From Anolis carolinensis (lineage: Eukaryota): 64,000 bases of DNA. Each line of letters begins with the position of its first letter. The stretch's first letter is position 1. The stretch spans positions 117,193,036 to 117,257,035 of the forward strand of contig NC_085842.1 of the NCBI RefSeq assembly GCF_035594765.1, in the 5' to 3' direction. Shown here one piece after another: positions 58,408 to 64,000 of this stretch. Position numbers and translations under genes: made by a program. The notes beneath the pieces are model-generated. The model ran no database searches. It saw only the letters and a list, made by a program, of their open reading frames with translations, and had not been told where the DNA came from.

Positions 58408-60384
58408 TGCCCAAGTGCATGTTGACAGACCTAGGAAAGAAAACCAGTCAGCCATATGACTATGGGCACCCTCCTCCACTTCTCCCACTCCTGATTGCAG
58501 CTTTGGATGCAGCTCTCTGTCATTCACAATCCTATGTTTGAAAACAGCGTGTTTGTGATCTTGGCACAGAGCTCCCTCACCTGGCAGTCAAAGTTTAACT
58601 TCCATTTTTGGTCATGGGAGGGGAAGGGAGTGAAACAGAAAGAGATGAAAAGAAAAGAGGTGCCTTTTCCCCAATGAGGAAGACTTGTTGTAACAAAGTC
58701 GATGATTCATTAAGTATGCATTTCAAGGCAATCGGTATTTTTATAGACACTTCTGAAACTATCCCAGGAGATTTAGTAGGCAAAATGTATTTTTATGTGA
58801 CATTTCTAGTACTGTCTGAGGAATGGCCAGGGTGGGGGTACTTTTTAAGTTGTGTACTTTGGCTGACCAGATCAGAAGAGAAAGGTGAAAGAACCCAACC
58901 AAACTTTGGAAATGTTCCAGAGAACTGCCTCTGTCAGAGCTTAATGTGAGAGGTCATTCCAACCTTTCAAAATAACATTTGATTATTATTATTTGGTCTA
59001 TGGAGGAAAAACTCCATGTGTTCTCTGGCAAAACTGAAAGATTGGCTGCAGCCCTGTCCAGTCATTATTTGTTTACCATTTGGCTTGTTTCATAGACTCT
59101 TTGACTGTCACTTTTCCTTTCTTATGGGTGGGCTTTATGCGAGTAGCCAGTTTTTAAGGGCTGCCAAAGCGGAAAATGATATTCAGACATGGGTCAACAG
59201 GTGCAGGAAAAGAGGGGATGATGGAGTGTGAGATGTATGTAGAGGAAGGCCAACACTCTTGCAGGCTTGCAAAAGAGAGACACCAACAGTGAGAAAGGCT
59301 AAGCTTTGAAGTCAGGATTTTTAGTTGGAGCACAATGCAAAACAAACTTTCAAATGACCCACATCTTCATTGATGATTTTTGCAAGGTGTAAAGTTCACT
59401 TCCCCCAGATCTTTTGTCTCTATTCTTTTTTAGAATATGAGTGACAAGGGAATGGAAAATTGCTAAAATAGAGAACATGGTGCTTTCTGCATCAGGAAAA
59501 CATTTTTCATTTCAATATCTGTGCTAATATTCTCATTATCACGATCATTATTATTGTCTTTCTAATGAAAATCTGGCATGCTAAGCTTCCCGGCCTTTCT
59601 AGGGTGAAAAGCTATTTTGAGCTTCACGGAACACTTAGTTCTCTGTAATCCAAAAAGAAGAAAGCACTTTTTCACTGATGTGTCTCATTTGATATTTTTT
59701 TTAAAGGTCATGATATAGCTTTGACCCCTTCAGCACTTTAAGTGGTGCTAGTTCACTGACTACCACTTCAGATATCAGTATGACTTATTGTGACAAGAAC
59801 AAAACTTTTCCTTGTGTTTTCCTGATCTTGCTTCTGGTCTGCAGAGGAAACTGGAAGCTTTCAATTCAGTGTTCAATTAGCTGTGTGGCCTTGTGCTGTG
59901 TCCTGCTGTCTGAACTGAGGGTTGAAAGGGAAGCTCAAAATACCTCAGGGTTAGCCATACCAGTTTGAGAGAACTACAGAAAGGAAGAAAAGTCCAGGAG
60001 TGACTTTAAATCTATTGACCGGGTTAGTAATTTTCCCTTTGGGCTGCCAGGGGCAAGCTGCACAGGCAGGATAATGTGTTTTAAGCATAAAATTGCAGAA
60101 ACTGTTTTCTGCAATTTTTCTGCAGGGGAGGGGTTAGAGAATGAGTCTGAAGGGGATTGTGGCCAGGAAAATGCAAACTGGGGGGCTTTCTGTGGCTCAC
60201 TAAATAATGCCCATTTTGATCTAAAATTATTTCTATCTCTGGTTTGCTGAAACAAGGCAGCTTCGTAGTTCATTGTTTGAAAGGGGTACATTTCAGTTTA
60301 GCCTTAGCTAAGGTGATTTACAATATGTTTGGATTTGAATGAAATGAAAAATGGCCGGAAAATCTTTGGCTCTCCTCATACGTG

Positions 60385-62964
60385 TCCTGAATATGCATAC
60401 CCTAATTTCTTTATCCATAACTCCTCCCATTGACTCATGCTGATAGTGTGTCCAACTATTCTGGCCCATTTTACCATCATGTCCTTTACTTGCTCTTCTT
60501 CTGTTGCCCAAATAAGTAATTGTCTGTATAATATTTTTATTAATTTTTTGTCTATCTGTAAAAAATTTCCCTTTCCATAAATTGCTGTGCCACCCCCATT
60601 GTAAGTCTTCCCCTTCTAAAGCCAGAATTTTCTTCTTCTCTAGGGAGGCCCAGTCTTTCACCCAGGCCAATGTGGCCGCCTCGTAATATAATTGCAGATC
60701 CGGGAAGGCTAGTTCCCCTCTTTTCCTATCATCTTTTAAATTTTGGGCTTATGTCTTTGCTTTTTTTGTTTCGCCATATGAACTTTTTTATATCTTTCTC
60801 CCATTTTGTGAACATCATTTTTGATCTGATAATTGGGATGGTTTGGAACAAGTATAATACTTCTGGCAAAATGTTCATTTTCACCACTGCTATTCTACCA
60901 AGCAGAGAGAGGTTTAACTTGTCCCATCGTTTCAATTTCTCCTTTATCTCCGTCCATTTTTTTTCATAATTATTCTTTAGCAACTGGGCGTTACTTGTTG
61001 CTATCTCAATTCCTAAGTATTTTAGTTTTCTAACTATTTTGATACCTGTCTGTTTTTCCAATTCATCTTTATTTTCCTTTGAGATGTTTTTGTTAACATT
61101 TTGGTCTTTTCTTTATTTATTTTGAAGCCTGCCACCTCTCCAAAGGTCTCCCGCTCGTACCACCACTTGGCCCACTGATTTATAGGATCCTCTATTAGGC
61201 AGACCACATCATCTGCCAATGCACAGGTTTTGTAACTATTCTTTTTTACTCTTAATCTTTTTAAGTCGTTTCAGCTTGTGCAGCCTGATGATGTGGACAA
61301 GATTCTTGGAGCGGTGAGGGCGACCACCTGTGCCCTTGACCTTTGCCCATCTTGCTTAAAACAAGCTGTGGTGAGGCCTGTTTTGAAGAAAGCCTCTTTG
61401 GATTCGACCAACCTTTGTAATTACAGACCAATCTCTAACCTTCCATTTTTGGGCAAGGTCTTGGAGCGGGTGGTTGCTTCCTAGCTTCAGGGATTCTTGG
61501 AAGATACGGATTTTCTAGACCAATCGCAGTCTGGCTTCAGGCCTGGTTTCGGTACCGAGACGGCTTTGGTCACCTTGGTGGATGACCTCCGCAGAGAGCT
61601 GGACAGGGGGAGTGTGACCCTGTTGGTTCTCTTAGACATCTCAGCGGCTTTCGATACCATCGACCATGGTATCCTTCTGGGACGGCTCTCCGAGTTGGGC
61701 CTTAGAGGTACTGCTCTGCAGTGGCTCCAGTCCTTCCTGGAGGGCCGTTCCCAGTTGGTGAAGCTGGGGGACTCCTGCTCGGACTCCTGGCCATTGACCT
61801 GTGGGGTCCCGCAAGGTTCCATTCTGTCCCCCATGCTTTTTAATATCTACATGAAACCGCTGGGTGAGGTCATCTGGAGTTTTGGAGTGCGGTGCCATCT
61901 CTACGCGGATGACACCCAACTCTACTACTCTTTCCCACCAAAATCCATGGAAGCCCCTCAGATACTGGACCAGTGTCTGGCCGCTGTATTGGCCTGGATG
62001 AGGGCGAACAAGTTGAGACTTAATCCTGACAAGACAGAGGTCCTCCAGGTCAGTCGTACGTCTGATCAAGATATTGGGTGGCAACCTGTGCTTGACGGGG
62101 TCGCACTCCCCCTAAAGGCGCAGGTCCGCAGCTTGGGGGTCCTCCTTAGTTACCTCTAGACTGGATTATTGCAATGCGCTCTACATGGGGCTGCCTTTGA
62201 AGACGGCCCGGAAACTACAATTAGTACAACATTCGGCAGCCAGGTTCCTAACTGGAGCAAACTACAGGGCGCGTTCAACCCTACTGTTTAAGGAGCTCCA
62301 CTGGCTGCCGTTTATTTTCCGAGCCCAATTCAAGGTGCAGGTTATCACCTACAAAGCCCTAAATGGTTTGGGACCCACCTACCTTAGAGACCGCATCTCC
62401 CTCTATGAACCCGCACTATCTCTTCGCTCGTCGGGGGAGGCCCTCCTCTCGTTTCCACCACCCTCGCAGTCGCGGTTGGTGGGGAGGAGGGAGAGGGCCT
62501 TCTCCGTCGTGGCCCCCCGGCTTTGGAACTTACACCCCAGGGAGATCAGGCAGGCCCCCACCCTCCTCTCCTTTTGGAGGAACCTGAAAACTTGGCTCTT
62601 CCAGAAGGCCTTTGATGATTGACTTTGGTAGGTTCGACCTATTTGCCCACTGAGCATAGACCCATAGGTATGCCTCCTCAGTATTACACTCAGCACTTTA
62701 ACGACTATGTCAGCTGGGTGACTATCCCTCCCTGATGACCTCGACATATTTTGCACTTTGGCCCAGATCCGTGAATTCAACTCATGTTTTTAATACCTAA
62801 TTTGTATGCTGATTTTTATGACTGTTTTTATCAATATTGCTGTTTTTATTGTTGATTGATTTGTTTTATTGCATTGTTTGCTTTTATATTGTTATGTCCG
62901 GGCATGGCCCCATGTAAGCCGCCCCGAGTCCCTTTGGGGAGATGGGGCGGGGTATAAGAATAAA

Positions 62965-63020
<56 letters not shown>

Positions 63021-64000
63021 GTCTTCATCCTTTCTTATTCTTTCTAACAATGTCTCCAAAGTCATAATGAAAATTAAGGGGGATAGAGGGCATCCCTGCC
63101 TTGTCCCTTTATGTAATTTGATTTCATTAGTTATTTGTCCATTTACTATGATGTTGGCAAATTATTGCGAGTAAATTGCTCTAATAGCATTTATGAAATA
63201 ATACCCGGCATCCATCTCCTTTAGTAGTTCTATTATAAAATTCCAGTTGACCTTATCAAAGGCTTTTTCGGCATCAAGGAATAAAAGTCCAGCCTCCTTT
63301 TGTATATTTCTTTCATAATACTCAATTACATTTAGAATGGTCCTGATATTATCTTTAATATAGCGTCCTGGTAAAAAGCCCGTCTGATCCTGTCCTATCC
63401 TTTCATTGAGTACGTCTCGTAATCTTGATGCCAATATGGTAGTAAATATTTTGTAATCAGTATTGAGGAGTGAGATAGACCTAACGTTCTTAACCTTTGT
63501 GTTGACTGCATTTTCTTTTGGTATGAATGATATGTTCGCTGTTTTTCATGAATTTGGTATTATTTTACTCTCTAATGCTATATCCATTACTTTCTTCAAT
63601 GTTATATCCATGAAAGTTTTATAGTATAGAGTCGTGAACCCATCTGGCCCTGGTGTTTTGTTGGATGGTAGGTCTCTAATTTTTTTTCTGTATTTCCTCC
63701 TCGGTTATCTTTTGGTTTAATCGCTCCCTTTGCCCTTCGGTAATCTTGATAATGTTTTGTTTCTCTATGTATTGTATTATTTTCTCTTTTGGAATTTTCT
63801 TGTCAGCATATAATTGATTATAATACTTCACAAATTGTTTTTCTATCTCACATTGTTTATAATAAATTTCCCTTCCTCTTCAATTCTATTTATGTATTGT
63901 TGTTGTTTCCTTTTAGCGACTTTCCAGGCTAGCCATCTGCCTATTTTGTTCGCGTTCTCGAAGTGTTGCTGCCTTATGTATTTAAGTTTTTTCTCTATTT
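60385..64000 (-). mobile_element. Degenerate L1 LINE ORF2 (continues beyond the window), split by an L2
   Basis: KTPGPDGFT, DQTGFLPGRYIKDNIR, LDAEKAFDKVNW, GTRQGCPLSP, LADD, LKYLGI, LSLLGRIAVVKMNILP, with stops and frameshifts. Confidence 0.88.
61268..63016 (+). mobile_element. 5'-truncated L2 LINE with internal deletions and a (tta)n tail
   Basis: [53 protein letters not shown]; 7-bp TSD ttaagtc (61261-61267 and 63017-63023). Confidence 0.92.

Overview
Eukaryotic (vertebrate) genomic DNA. The repeat repertoire (Sauria-type SINEs, BovB/RTE, L2, CR1, L1, R4/Dong, Penelope, Helitrons, MITEs, Gypsy) suggests a squamate, probably an Anolis-like lizard; this is an inference. The only host gene I can support is the intronless beta-2 adrenergic receptor ADRB2 (54759-56012, +). 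It has a CpG-rich promoter (inverted CCAAT, GC box, perfect CRE, TATAAA), an 18-codon Arg-rich uORF and a likely polyA signal at 56956. The rest is TE-dense intergenic DNA with many nested insertions. The centrepiece is a very young, apparently intact sushi-like Gypsy LTR retrotransposon (41805-47119, minus strand). It sits inside an R4/Dong LINE, which sits inside a composite Helitron built from tandem CR1 3' ends. Best leads: (1) the Gypsy has no tRNA PBS but has a Tf1-style self-priming duplex; (2) its gag/pol junction places the zinc knuckle after a GGGAAAC slippery site; (3) an intact minimal hammerhead ribozyme in a Penelope repeat abuts the ADRB2 promoter; (4) the ADRB2 uORF resembles the mammalian leader peptide; (5) the receptor has His at binding-pocket position 6.55 and lacks the C-terminal PDZ ligand. 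TE family names come from motif recognition, not database searches, and boundaries without a TSD are approximate.
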